A stretch of 64,000 bases of DNA from Actinomycetota bacterium. Lineage in GTDB: Bacteria > Actinomycetota > UBA4738 > HRBIN12. The translations under genes were made by a program, and so were the position numbers. Below are positions 16,861 through 25,898 of the stretch, in pieces. The stretch covers positions 7,057 through 71,056 of the forward strand of contig DATBJQ010000090.1 in the NCBI GenBank assembly GCA_036556385.1, in the 5' to 3' direction. The notes below the pieces were generated by a model. The model did not search any database, was not told where the DNA came from, and saw only the letters and a program-made list of their open reading frames with translations. Position 1 is the first letter of the stretch, and each line of letters starts with the position of its first letter.

Positions 16861-18762
16861 TCAGCCGAAGAGGCGCATCGTGTTGCGCCAGTACCGCAGC
16901 GGAAGCGGAGCGCTGAAGCGCACCTCCAAGGTCGTCCGCGGCCCGGTCTCACCGTGCCAGGTCGCGGTCGACCCGTCGATCTCCATCGGCTCGTTCGACC
17001 AGATCACGCGCGTGCCGTCGGGGACCGTGATCGAGACGGTGAGATCCGTCGGTTCGATCGTGGTCTGACCCAGGAACGTGATCCGGTAGGTGCCGCCCGA
17101 GGAGTTCCCCTCCCACGCGTCCGAGGTGCGCCACGTCACGCTGAACGATCCGCTGGAGCCCACCGGGATCGTCCGGTAATCTCGGAACCAGCGCAGCCCC
17201 AGCTCCGACCCCGTCGTCGTGCCGACGGGGTCACCGTCCCGCTCGGCATCGAGCAGCTCGCATTCGTCGCCGCAGGAGGCCGTCACGAACTGCAGCTGGT
17301 CTCCCGGGCCGAGCTGCGGGAGATGCGGGCCGAGCGCGTACTTGGGTCCCTCGGTGGGGGCGTGGTTCTCGAAGTCCGTCGTGAGGGTGGCGATCGACTC
17401 GCCCGGCCCGCCGAGCCGCACGTCGTAGGTGACCGAGCGCTCGGCGAAGGCGTCCACCTTGTTCGCCGCCGCGTTGTTCACCGTGACCGCCACGACGTCG
17501 GCGCCGTCGTCCGACGCGCCGTAGACGCCCGCGACGCCCGCCAGCTTCAGGCCCTGCTCGAGCTCGACGTCGGTCACGTAGAGCTTCAGGTGCCCCCCGG
17601 ACGTGGCCGAGGCCAGCGCGCGCAGCCGCTGGGGGCCGCGGCCCTGGATCTCCAGGAAGCGCGTGAACACCTCGGCCGCGACGCCGCCCAGGACCTCCTT
17701 ACGCTGGTCGGCCCCGTCGAACAGCTCGTAGGCGTCGAACGTGGTGAACGGGACGACGTTGTCGGTCCCCACGCGCAGGTCGAGCCCGGGCACGGGGACC
17801 GGGCCGGTGACCCGCAGCATCGCCGCCAGCGCGAAGGGATCGGCGGCGATCACCCCGTCGAGCGACGGCCCACCGCCCGCCTCGAGGTTCCCCAGGGCGG
17901 CCTTGGCCGCGGAGGGGAAGTCCGGGGTCATGTTCAGGTTCTGCCAGGAGGCGGCCCCGCCGAACTGGTCGTAGTTCTCCCGGTAGTCCGCGCTCACGTC
18001 GTCGATCGCGTCGACGTCGACGGCGGGCAAGGACTGGGTGGGGGCGGTCGCGCCGAACGAGGTGGTGCCCTCGTCGAAGGTCAGGATCGCGTAGGCGCCC
18101 CACAGGCCGCCCGTGCCTCGGAGCTCCGCCGGGTTCTCCGCGACGACCAAGTAGTGGCGGGGCCCCTCGCTCCCCGCGAACCGCGGGATACCGTCCACGA
18201 CCAGCTCGCCGGCCCGCAGGGCGTCCACGACGTCGGTCGCCATGTCCTCGGCGGTCCAGCGAGCGTCGAGCACCGGGCCGGCCAGGTACGAGGTCGGGGC
18301 GGTGCGGATCGCCGTCAGGGCCTGCTCGGCGTGCACCCGAGCCTGCGCGACGGCGTCGCCGACCTCGCCGTAGGAGTCGAGCGGGATCCGTCCCTCGGAC
18401 GGCGCGAGGGACCCCAGCCCCTCGGGCATCTCCTCGAGGGCGTTCACGAGCACCTTCCCGGCCGCCGTCATCGAGGTGCCCGCGTCGGCGAGGGCGGCTG
18501 CGACATCCACGTTGTTGCCCGCGAACGGGACCCAGCCGGCGAGGGTTCCAACGGGCCCGGCGGCGGCCCCTCGGGCGGCATCGAAGGCGGCCTCCGCCTC
18601 GCCCAGGGACGCCTCGGCCCTCGGGAGCTCGCTCGCGGCGATCGCGCGGCGCGCGTCCATCAGCGCGGTCCGCCCCTCCGCGAGGTTGTCGCGGGAGACG
18701 AACAGCACCGCGGCGACGAGCCCCAGACCCAGGAGCAGGATCACGGCAACGCCGAGGACCAC
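16861..18762 (-). CDS. Membrane-anchored extracytoplasmic protein, probably DUF4012 family
   Basis: N-terminal TM 'MVLGVAVILLLGLGLVAAVLFV', then a large (about 600 aa) Ala/Gly/Asp-rich soluble domain. Its size, topology and neighbourhood near a sugar transferase fit DUF4012. I cannot confirm a domain signature by eye. Confidence 0.4.
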   Translation of the reverse strand: MVLGVAVILLLGLGLVAAVLFVSRDNLAEGRTALMDARRAIAASELPRAEASLGEAEAAFDAARGAAAGPVGTLAGWVPFAGNNVDVAAALADAGTSMTAAGKVLVNALEEMPEGLGSLAPSEGRIPLDSYGEVGDAVAQARVHAEQALTAIRTAPTSYLAGPVLDARWTAEDMATDVVDALRAGELVVDGIPRFAGSEGPRHYLVVAENPAELRGTGGLWGAYAILTFDEGTTSFGATAPTQSLPAVDVDAIDDVSADYRENYDQFGGAASWQNLNMTPDFPSAAKAALGNLEAGGGPSLDGVIAADPFALAAMLRVTGPVPVPGLDLRVGTDNVVPFTTFDAYELFDGADQRKEVLGGVAAEVFTRFLEIQGRGPQRLRALASATSGGHLKLYVTDVELEQGLKLAGVAGVYGASDDGADVVAVTVNNAAANKVDAFAERSVTYDVRLGGPGESIATLTTDFENHAPTEGPKYALGPHLPQLGPGDQLQFVTASCGDECELLDAERDGDPVGTTTGSELGLRWFRDYRTIPVGSSGSFSVTWRTSDAWEGNSSGGTYRITFLGQTTIEPTDLTVSITVPDGTRVIWSNEPMEIDGSTATWHGETGPRTTLEVRFSAPLPLRYWRNTMRLFG

Positions 18763-18906
18763 CGCGGCGAGACGAACGCGGCGGGGTGCGCGGGGGGCGG
18801 GGGTCGTCGAGCTGTCCAGGATGGGCGCGAGGTCTCGGGGAAGGGTTCCCGCGAGGAGCGTAGCAGCGGCGCGCTCCGGGGGTCGTTCAGGGCACTGCTA
18901 CCCTCT

Positions 18907-18948
18907 CGCGCCATGAAGGTCGCGCCATGAAGGTCGCGCCATGAAGGT
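18907..18948. repeat. Perfect 14-bp tandem triplication (CGCGCCATGAAGGT x3) spanning the pheA start codon
   Basis: ATGs at 18913, 18927 and 18941. The first two open 5-codon mini-ORFs (MKVAP*) because the unit length is 14. Only the third is in frame with pheA. Confidence 0.9.
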
Positions 18949-19762
18949 CGCCTACCAGGGCGAGCCCGGCGCCTACAGCGAGCGCGCCGTCCGGGCCTCG
19001 TTCCCCGAGGCCGAGCCGATGCCGTGCGACACCGTCCGGCTGGTCTTCTCGCGAGTGACCAGCGGCGAGGCGGACTTCGGCGTGGTCCCCCTCGAGAACT
19101 CGCAGGCGGGGTCGGTGAACGAGACCTACGAGCTGTTGTGGCACACGAGCCTGCTGCGGATCGTGGGGGAGCAGCTCGTGCGCGTCGACCACGCGCTGCT
19201 CGGCGTGCAGGGGGCTCGCCTGGAGGGAGTCCGGCGGGCACGGTCCCACTGGCAGGCCCTGGCGCAGTGCGAGGAGTTCCTCTCCTCGCTGCGGATCGAG
19301 CCGATCCCCGTGCACGACACGGCCGGGGCCGCGCGGATCGTGGCGGAGTCGGGGGATCGAGAGGAGGCGGCGGTCGCCAGCGTGGACGCCGCGGGCATCT
19401 TCGGTCTCACCGTGCTCGCCGAGCGGATCCAGACGGACAAGGAGAACCTCACGAAGTTCGCGGTGATCGGGAGCCGCGACGCGGGTCTGGGGGACCCGGA
19501 CAAGACCTCGCTCGTGATGGCGGTGCTCGACGAGCCCGGATCCCTGCTCCATTCGCTCGAACCCTTCGCGGATCGCGGCATCAACCTGCACAAGCTGGAG
19601 TCGCGCCCGCGCCGCGGCCGGCCCTTCGAGTACCTGATGTACGTCGACGTCATGGCGTCCGACCGGGAACAGGCGCTGCAGGAGGCGCTCGGCGAGGTCG
19701 AGCGGCACACGTCCCTGCTTCGCGTCCTCGGGTCGTATCGCTCGTCTCGCGACACGGTCTGA
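18941..19762 (+). CDS. pheA: Prephenate dehydratase
   Basis: 'MKVAYQGEPGAYSE...FGVVPLENSQAGSVNETYELL' is the PDT domain. The C-terminus has an ACT domain '...LESRPRRGRPFEYLMYVD'. Confidence 0.9.
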   Translation: MKVAYQGEPGAYSERAVRASFPEAEPMPCDTVRLVFSRVTSGEADFGVVPLENSQAGSVNETYELLWHTSLLRIVGEQLVRVDHALLGVQGARLEGVRRARSHWQALAQCEEFLSSLRIEPIPVHDTAGAARIVAESGDREEAAVASVDAAGIFGLTVLAERIQTDKENLTKFAVIGSRDAGLGDPDKTSLVMAVLDEPGSLLHSLEPFADRGINLHKLESRPRRGRPFEYLMYVDVMASDREQALQEALGEVERHTSLLRVLGSYRSSRDTV

Positions 19763-19814
19763 CCGACCCGGCCGGCCACCCGGTCGCGCCCCCGGCCGCG
19801 GGTAGCATGCGGAC

Positions 19815-21410
19815 ATGCCTCCGGACGGTCGTCACGTCGCGCGTCGGCGCCCTTCGCCGCCCACGCCGGCCGCCGGCGTCCCGATGCGGACCTCTGCCGA
19901 CCCGGTCCCCCTGGTGGTGGCGCTGGCGGCGATCCTCGTGGGCGCGATCGCCCTCGGCTGGCTGGTGGCGGGGCTCGCCGCGGGTCCGACCGCACCCGAC
20001 CTGGCGTCCGGCGGCCCGGCGCCCGAGCCGATCAACGAGGCGTTCTCGGGGCTGACCACCTTCCGGGGCAACGCCGGCCGGTCGTACCTGGGGACCGGCC
20101 CGGTGCCGCTCGAACCGGTGAAGCGGTGGGTGTACCCGGTCGGCGGCAAGCTCTGCTCGTTCTCGGCCGAGGGTCGTGATCCCTCGGACACGAAGGAGTG
20201 GTGCGGCACGGGCTGGACCGGGCAGCCGAACGTGGTGCCCGGCGCGGACGGTATGGAGGTCCGGATCGGCGCCTTCGACGGCGCGTACCACTTCCTGGAC
20301 GCGGGCACGGGCACGGTCGTGCGCCCGCCGCTCGTAACCGGCGACCTCGCCAAGGGATCCGCGACCTCGGACCCCGACGGCTTCCCCCTCTACTACGGGG
20401 GGTCCCGCGACAACCTGTTCCGGGTGGTCGCCCTGGACCGGGAGGAGCCCACGGTCCTGTGGGAGCTCGACGCGAACGACGCTCGCTGCGAGGGGCCCTG
20501 CTGGAACGACGACTGGGACGGCGCCGCCCTGGTGGTCGACGATCACCTCCTCGAGGGCGGCGAGAACGGCTGGTTCTACGTGGTGCGGCTCTCGCGCGGG
20601 TACGACGCGTTCGGCCAGGTCGTCGTGGATCCCGAGACGGTCGCCACGTTCCCCGGCTACGACGAGCGGCTCCTGGCCGATCTGGGCGGCCCCGACGCCG
20701 TGGTCGACGGCACGCCCCTGTTCGACGTCTCGATCGAGAACTCCCCGGTGCTGGCCGACGGCGTCGTGTACTTCGCGAACTCCGGCGGCCTGGTCCAGGG
20801 TTGGGACGTCTCCGACGTGCTGGCCGGCGGGGACGAGGTCCGGCGGGTGTTCCGGTTCTGGACCGGTGACGACACCGATGCGACCCTCGTCATGGACGAC
20901 GAGGGGTACCTCTATGTGGCGAGCGAGCTCCAGCGGTTCAACGATCGCGCGCGCGGACTCGGGCAGCTCCTGAAGCTCGACCCGCGCCGTTCCGACGACC
21001 CCGTGGTCTGGCGCCTCCCCGCCCGGGAGATCGGGTTCCAGGGTGCCGGCGGCAGCTGGTCGACACCGGCTCTGTCCGGCGACGTGGTCTACCTCACCAC
21101 GGCGGCCGGCCGGGTCCTCGCCGTCGACCGCGGCACTGGGGACGTGCTGTGGGAGGAGCAGGTCGGCGCGCCCACGATCACCTCGCCGGTGGTGGTCGAC
21201 GACGTGCTCCTGGTGGGCGACTGCACCGGCCACCTCTCGGCGTGGGACGTGTCGGAGCCCGCGGACCCGCCACCGCTCCTGTGGAGCCTGGACCTCGGAG
21301 ACTGCATCGAGTCCACGCCGGCAGTGTGGGACGGCTGGCTGTACGTCGGCACGCGGGAGGGCTACATCTACGGGATCGCGGATGCCGAGACCCCCGCGCC
21401 CGCCCGGTAG
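19815..21410 (+). CDS. Membrane-anchored PQQ-like beta-propeller repeat protein
   Basis: The N-terminal TM is followed by repeated 'G.V..ld..tG..lW' blades (e.g. 'VVYLTTAAGRVLAVDRGTGDVLWE', 'WLYVGTREGYIYGI'). The true start is probably the internal Met at about 19884. Confidence 0.7.
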   Translation: MPPDGRHVARRRPSPPTPAAGVPMRTSADPVPLVVALAAILVGAIALGWLVAGLAAGPTAPDLASGGPAPEPINEAFSGLTTFRGNAGRSYLGTGPVPLEPVKRWVYPVGGKLCSFSAEGRDPSDTKEWCGTGWTGQPNVVPGADGMEVRIGAFDGAYHFLDAGTGTVVRPPLVTGDLAKGSATSDPDGFPLYYGGSRDNLFRVVALDREEPTVLWELDANDARCEGPCWNDDWDGAALVVDDHLLEGGENGWFYVVRLSRGYDAFGQVVVDPETVATFPGYDERLLADLGGPDAVVDGTPLFDVSIENSPVLADGVVYFANSGGLVQGWDVSDVLAGGDEVRRVFRFWTGDDTDATLVMDDEGYLYVASELQRFNDRARGLGQLLKLDPRRSDDPVVWRLPAREIGFQGAGGSWSTPALSGDVVYLTTAAGRVLAVDRGTGDVLWEEQVGAPTITSPVVVDDVLLVGDCTGHLSAWDVSEPADPPPLLWSLDLGDCIESTPAVWDGWLYVGTREGYIYGIADAETPAPAR

Positions 21411-21425
21411 GCGTCCGGCACGACG

Positions 21426-22388
21426 TCAGAGCAGGGGCCCGGCCAGCGCTCGGATCTGGTCGGTGCGCCACATCGTGATCCCCGCGGTGACCACGAGGAG
21501 AGCGACGACGGTGGCCGCGAAGATCCACGTGCGCGAGCGGGCGGAGCCTGCTCCCTCGGCGGCGAAGCCCGCGACCAGCCCCGCGACCAGGCCGCCGACG
21601 TGGGCCCGCCAGTCGATCACGCTCGAGAGGGCGAACGTGAAGACCAGGTTCAGGATGATCAGCGTGAGGGCGCTGCGCACGCGGGCCGCGTAGAACGCGA
21701 GCTCCCGGCGGCGCCAGTTGTACGCCAGGAAGGCGCCGAACAATCCGAAGATCGCACCCGATGCACCGACGGAGGGCGTCGACATCCCGTCGAACCCGGC
21801 GAAGGCGTAGCTGGCCGCCGACGCGAAGAGCCCGGTCACCAGGAAGATCGCGACGAACCGAGCCCTGCCGAGCTCCTGCTCGATCACGTTGCCGAAGATG
21901 TAGAGGATGTACCCGTTCATGAGCAGGTGGATCAGCCCGCCGTGCAGGAACATGCTGGTCAGCAGCCGCCATTCCTGGCCCGCCGCCACGCCGACGATCT
22001 CGCCGTTGGGGAACACCCCGAGCCCGATGTTCGCCCCGAGATCGATCAGCTGCTGGCCGTTGGGCCCGGCGAAGATGCCGGCGGCTCCGCTCGAGATCAC
22101 CTCGAGGAGGTACACCGCCCCCAGCAGCACGAGGATCGCGTTCGTGATCGAGAACCCGGTCGCCGCGCCCGTCGCGACGCGCCGCGTCGGGCGGTGGAAC
22201 TCCTGGCGCGCCTCCCGGACGCAGTCCGGGCACTGGTGGCCGACGGGAGCGGGCACCATGCAGTCGGGGCAGATCGGTCGCCCGCATCGGGTGCAGTGCA
22301 CGCCCGTCTGCACCTTGGGGTGCCGGTAGCACGCCTCGACGACCGACGGCGGCGGCGGGGGGAGGGGTCCCTGCTCCATCCGAGCCAT
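21426..22388 (-). CDS. Rhomboid-family intramembrane serine protease with an N-terminal Cys4 zinc ribbon
   Basis: 'CYRHPKVQTGVHCTRCGRPICPDCMVPAPVGHQCPDC' is a zinc ribbon. The rhomboid core has 'GASGAIFGLFGA' (catalytic Ser) and 'AHVGGLVAGLVAG' (catalytic His). Confidence 0.85.
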   Translation of the reverse strand: MARMEQGPLPPPPPSVVEACYRHPKVQTGVHCTRCGRPICPDCMVPAPVGHQCPDCVREARQEFHRPTRRVATGAATGFSITNAILVLLGAVYLLEVISSGAAGIFAGPNGQQLIDLGANIGLGVFPNGEIVGVAAGQEWRLLTSMFLHGGLIHLLMNGYILYIFGNVIEQELGRARFVAIFLVTGLFASAASYAFAGFDGMSTPSVGASGAIFGLFGAFLAYNWRRRELAFYAARVRSALTLIILNLVFTFALSSVIDWRAHVGGLVAGLVAGFAAEGAGSARSRTWIFAATVVALLVVTAGITMWRTDQIRALAGPLL

Positions 22389-22389
22389 G

Positions 22390-23382
22390 CTACGCGGGGC
22401 CCTGCGTGACCGCGTCGAGGGCCGCCTCGACCTCGGCTGGGTCGAACAGGGGGGCCCACCGGTCGACGATCGTGCCGTCGGCGTCGATCACGAACAGCCA
22501 CGGCTCGGTCAGGTTGTCGTCCCGGTACAGCCAGTCGACGGCCGCTTGGTTCAGGGTCTGGCTCTCGGTCGTGTGGTCGGCCCAGATCTCGACGTGGATG
22601 TACGCGGCGTCGTCCGGCCGCTGCGACGCGAGCTCGGCGAGCCACTCGACGTCCGGCCCGCAGAACTGGCTGGTGCAGTACACCGGCGTCGCGAACAGCG
22701 CCACGATCGGCTGCCCGCGCCGGATCGCCTGGGCGATCGACTCGGCGTGGAGCTCGGGATCGGGGACCTGCCCGTCGGTGACCGCACGCGAGTCGATGGC
22801 GGCGGGCGGCACGTCGGAGTCCATCGTGAGGCTGTCGGTCCGCAGCGCGGGGTCTCCTGGTGCGGGCAGGTGGGGGCGCTCGAGGACCTGGAACTGGGTG
22901 GTCAGCTCGATCGGCCGCCCCTCGAGCTCGAACGAGATGTCGGCCTGCCAGATCCCGGCCGCGTCGAAGGTCACGTCGGTCAGTTGGTAGACGCCGCGCG
23001 CCTGCGAGGGCGCCGTGAGCGTGAGCGGGTCGTCGGCCGAGCCGTCCGTGAACGGTGCGGGCACGTAGTCGGCGGTGCCCTCGACGGGCGTCCCCGGGCC
23101 GTCCTCGAACGGCGTCAACCGCGCCTCGATCGACCCCGAGGTCAGCAGGAGGATCCCCTGATCCTCGTCCGAGGCGAACACCCCGACCTGGACGCGCTGC
23201 GGGGCGTCGAGGTAGAGGTCGGTGCTGGGGACCTGCGCCGCGAAGGTCGCGGGATCGATCGTCGCGGTAACGGAGGAGGCGGGGGCCGAGGAGGTCGGGT
23301 CGTCCGACGTACACGCCACGCCGAGCAGGAACGCCGCGGCCAGGGCCGCACGGACTCCGGAGCGGGCAGTCATCGGCACCAT
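22390..23382 (-). CDS. Secreted lipoprotein with a C-terminal thioredoxin-fold (TlpA/SCO-like redoxin) domain
   Basis: Start at 'MVPMTARSGVRAALAAAFLLGVAC', a signal peptide plus a lipobox-like Cys. The C-terminus 'PIVALFATPVYCTSQFCGPDVEWLA...WLFVIDADGTIVDRW' has redoxin-like topology. The ORF track's upstream Arg-rich extension is unlikely to be real. Confidence 0.5.
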   Translation of the reverse strand: MVPMTARSGVRAALAAAFLLGVACTSDDPTSSAPASSVTATIDPATFAAQVPSTDLYLDAPQRVQVGVFASDEDQGILLLTSGSIEARLTPFEDGPGTPVEGTADYVPAPFTDGSADDPLTLTAPSQARGVYQLTDVTFDAAGIWQADISFELEGRPIELTTQFQVLERPHLPAPGDPALRTDSLTMDSDVPPAAIDSRAVTDGQVPDPELHAESIAQAIRRGQPIVALFATPVYCTSQFCGPDVEWLAELASQRPDDAAYIHVEIWADHTTESQTLNQAAVDWLYRDDNLTEPWLFVIDADGTIVDRWAPLFDPAEVEAALDAVTQGPA

Positions 23383-23441
23383 GTTCTCGTACGTCGCCCG
23401 GCGCTGACCGGTTCTCTCGGCCCGCCGCCGCGGCAGCCTCG

Positions 23442-23951
23442 TCAGGCGGCGCCCTCGAGGCGCAGGAGGAACGCGCGGCGGTCGCCGGCGCCGCCGTAGG
23501 AGCCGAACCCCGGCCCGCTCGGAACGACGCGGTGGCACGGCACGAAGAGCTCGATCGGGCTGCGCCGGAGCCAGGAGCCGGCCGCCCGCGCGGCCCCCGG
23601 CCGGCCGGCCAGCCCCGCCACGTCGCCGTAGGTCCACAGCTCGCCGTAGGGGATACCCCGGACCACCTCGAGGATCGAACGTCCGAACGGGGTCGTGGCC
23701 AGACGCAGATCGACCGGGGTGACGAACCGGCGGAGCCGCCCGGCGAAGTAGCGGTCGAGCTCGCGACCCGCCCCCGCCAGCCGGCGCCCGGCGGGCACGA
23801 CCACCGTCCGGAGCGCGGCTCCGACCTCCTGGGCCGCTCGTTCGGGGTCGCCCGAGGAGGTCGCCACCACACCGTCCTCGCTCGCGATCACCGTGAACGA
23901 CCCGAGGGGCGTGGGGAACGTGGCCGCCACGAGCCTCAGATCGGCGGCCAT
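23442..23951 (-). CDS. ogt: Methylated-DNA--protein-cysteine methyltransferase
   Basis: '...IPYGELWTYGDVA...ELFVPCHRVV' carries the PCHR active site. The start 'MAADLRLVAA' is at 23951. The 250-aa N-terminal extension in the ORF track is an Arg-rich artefact. Confidence 0.85.
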   Translation of the reverse strand: MAADLRLVAATFPTPLGSFTVIASEDGVVATSSGDPERAAQEVGAALRTVVVPAGRRLAGAGRELDRYFAGRLRRFVTPVDLRLATTPFGRSILEVVRGIPYGELWTYGDVAGLAGRPGAARAAGSWLRRSPIELFVPCHRVVPSGPGFGSYGGAGDRRAFLLRLEGAA

Positions 23952-24646
23952 GGGAACGGGCGCGTCCCGGGGATCGGCTCGGGGAACCGGCCGGTGCGGA
24001 CCAGCTCGCGGGCCCGGTCCGCGGTGGCGTCGACCTCGGTGGTTGCGAGCAGGTCCTCGAGCTCGCCGCGCAGGTCGCCGCCGGGGTCCAGCGAACGCGC
24101 GACGCGCTCCAGGTCGCCCCGCAACCCTTCCTCGATCGGATCGCCCGCGAACGACCAGATCACGGTCCGGAGCTTGGGCTCGTCGGAGAAGCACACGCCG
24201 TGGTCGATCGCCCAGATCCGGCCGTCGTCGCTCAGGAGGCAGTGGCCGGCCTTCCGGTCGGCGTTGTTCGCCACGAGGTCGAACAGGGCGACGCGTCGGA
24301 ACTCCTCGGGCCGCTCGTCCTCGAGGGTGAAGAAGTGCTGCTCCGGATCGAACATGCGGAAGAGCTGCACGCTGCCCGGTCCCGCGGGACCGTCCCGCAC
24401 GAGCGTGGGCGGGACGTTCGGCCACCCCAGGGACCGGGCGAGCCGGTAGGCGGCCACCTCGCGGAGGTACAGGGTGCCTTCGGGGAAGTCCCACAGCGGC
24501 GCCTCCCCGCGCCGAGGCTTGTACACGGCCAGGACGCCGTCGTCGCCGTCGGAGCACCGCACCAGCAGCGTGTGGTTCGAGGCGTTGGGGAGCAGCCCCA
24601 GGATCTCGATGTCGCCTCGGAGCAGCGCGGGTGGTTCGTCGCTCAG
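23936..24646 (-). CDS. SCO1664-family protein (conserved actinobacterial protein, kinase-like fold), first gene of the conserved three-gene cassette
   Basis: Core '...ILGLLPNASNHTLLVRCSDGDDGVLAVYKPRRGE...FDLVANNADRKAGHCLL...WAIDHGVCFSDEPKLRTV'. The start codon is uncertain (possibly non-canonical, or coupled to the DUF3090 stop at 24643-24645). The N-terminal approx. 100 aa of the ORF track is shadow. Confidence 0.55.
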   Translation of the reverse strand: MSDEPPALLRGDIEILGLLPNASNHTLLVRCSDGDDGVLAVYKPRRGEAPLWDFPEGTLYLREVAAYRLARSLGWPNVPPTLVRDGPAGPGSVQLFRMFDPEQHFFTLEDERPEEFRRVALFDLVANNADRKAGHCLLSDDGRIWAIDHGVCFSDEPKLRTVIWSFAGDPIEEGLRGDLERVARSLDPGGDLRGELEDLLATTEVDATADRARELVRTGRFPEPIPGTRPFPWPPI

Positions 24647-25209
24647 GCCCGCGGACTGCGGTGGCCGTTCGTCGCCGGGCACGCGTGTCCCTCCGGGTCG
24701 ATCGGGTTGCCACAGAGCTGGCAGGTGGGGCGGCCCCGCTCGGCCACCTCGGACCCGTGGCGCGAGAGCGCCAGCATCTGCTCGCGGGTGGCCCACAGCC
24801 GGATCGTCTCGGGGTCGTGATCCAGCGGAGGGCGGGGATCGTCCTCGTCCTCCGCCTCCGGCTCGTACTCGGTGATCTCCAGCAGGAACCGGTCCTGGTC
24901 CTGGTCGTAGCCGATCGAGAGGCGGCCGACGCGCCACCGGGCGTCGAGCGGCTCTTCCAACGTCATCTCCTCGTCGCCCGGCCCCGGGCCGGTCTCGACC
25001 GAGACGTCGGCGAGGAGCTCGAGGACGGAGGTGGCCAGCAGCTGGACCTGCTGCTTCTCCACGACCAGCGTGATGACGTCGCCGCCGGAACGAGCTTGGA
25101 GGTAGAACGTGCGCATCCCGGGCTCGCCGACGGCGTCGGCGGTGATCCGGTCGACCTCCCCCAGGTCCACCGTCCTATCCTCGCAGCTTCGCCGAGCGCC
25201 CGCGCCCAC
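24643..25209 (-). CDS. DUF3090-family protein (conserved actinobacterial partner of the SCO1664 family)
   Basis: 'GEPGMRTFYLQARSGGDVITLVVEKQQVQLLA...ACQLCGNPIDPEGHACPATNGH' matches the DUF3090 pattern, including the C-terminal Cys/His motif. The start is possibly a GTG near 25170. Confidence 0.6.
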   Translation of the reverse strand: MGAGARRSCEDRTVDLGEVDRITADAVGEPGMRTFYLQARSGGDVITLVVEKQQVQLLATSVLELLADVSVETGPGPGDEEMTLEEPLDARWRVGRLSIGYDQDQDRFLLEITEYEPEAEDEDDPRPPLDHDPETIRLWATREQMLALSRHGSEVAERGRPTCQLCGNPIDPEGHACPATNGHRSPRA

Positions 25210-25861
25210 GACCGTCCGGCGACGCCTCCCACGGGGGGTGGGCCGCCGCGCCGAACCGATCCAGGCCTCCGGTCTCGTTCATCAGGACGAGGTAGGCGTT
25301 CCCGTCGCTGCCGACCTCCACGACGGAGACCGACGCGGGGTCGGCGACGAACCGCTGGAACGCGTCGAGCGGAGCGGCGGTGAAGTGGGCCAGGAGCATG
25401 CGGACGATGTCGCCGTGCGTCGCGATCGCGACGCGCCCGCGCCGGTGTCGGCGCGCGATGCGCCGAACCTCGAGCACGGCGCGCTCCTGCGCGTCCGCGA
25501 AGCCCTCCCCGCCGGGGAAGCCGAACGCCGACGGGTGCGTCTGCACGACCGTCCACTCCGCGCGCTTGCGTCGCAGCGCCGACAGGCGCTTGCCGGTCCA
25601 CGTCCCCGCGTCCATCTCGATCAGCTCGGGCCGTTCGACGATCGGGAGCCGCTTGTCGGCAGCCAACGGCTGGACCGTCTGCACGCACCGCTCGAGGGGG
25701 CTGGAGTACACGGCCGTGAGACGGATCGGCGCCATCCGGCGAGCCAGGTCCTCGGCCTGCGCCTGACCGCGGGCGTCCAGGTGCACACCCGGCGACTGCC
25801 CGTACAGGATCGTGCCGGTCTGGGCGGTCAGCCCGTGACGGATCAGGAAGAGGGTCGCCAT
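25175..25861 (-). CDS. Histidine phosphatase (phosphoglycerate-mutase-like) family protein, third member of the conserved cassette
   Basis: 'MATLFLIRHGLTAQTG' is the RHG motif. '...SSPLERCVQT...' and 'AIATHGDIV' (second catalytic His). Confidence 0.8.
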   Translation of the reverse strand: MATLFLIRHGLTAQTGTILYGQSPGVHLDARGQAQAEDLARRMAPIRLTAVYSSPLERCVQTVQPLAADKRLPIVERPELIEMDAGTWTGKRLSALRRKRAEWTVVQTHPSAFGFPGGEGFADAQERAVLEVRRIARRHRRGRVAIATHGDIVRMLLAHFTAAPLDAFQRFVADPASVSVVEVGSDGNAYLVLMNETGGLDRFGAAAHPPWEASPDGRGRGRSAKLRG

Positions 25862-25898
25862 CGGGCGTCAGCCTACGGGTGCGGAGCGGGCCACCGGT

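Noticed and set aside
23952-24713. N-terminal 250-aa extension of the ogt ORF (also the N-terminal extensions of 36613..37989, 32544..34313, 61898..63979, 37227..39323 and 22390..23637)
   Set aside because: Each long ORF carries a recognisable domain only in its C-terminal part. The upstream in-frame sequence is Arg-rich filler overlapping other genes on the same or opposite strand. Internal Met or GTG starts give proteins of canonical length.
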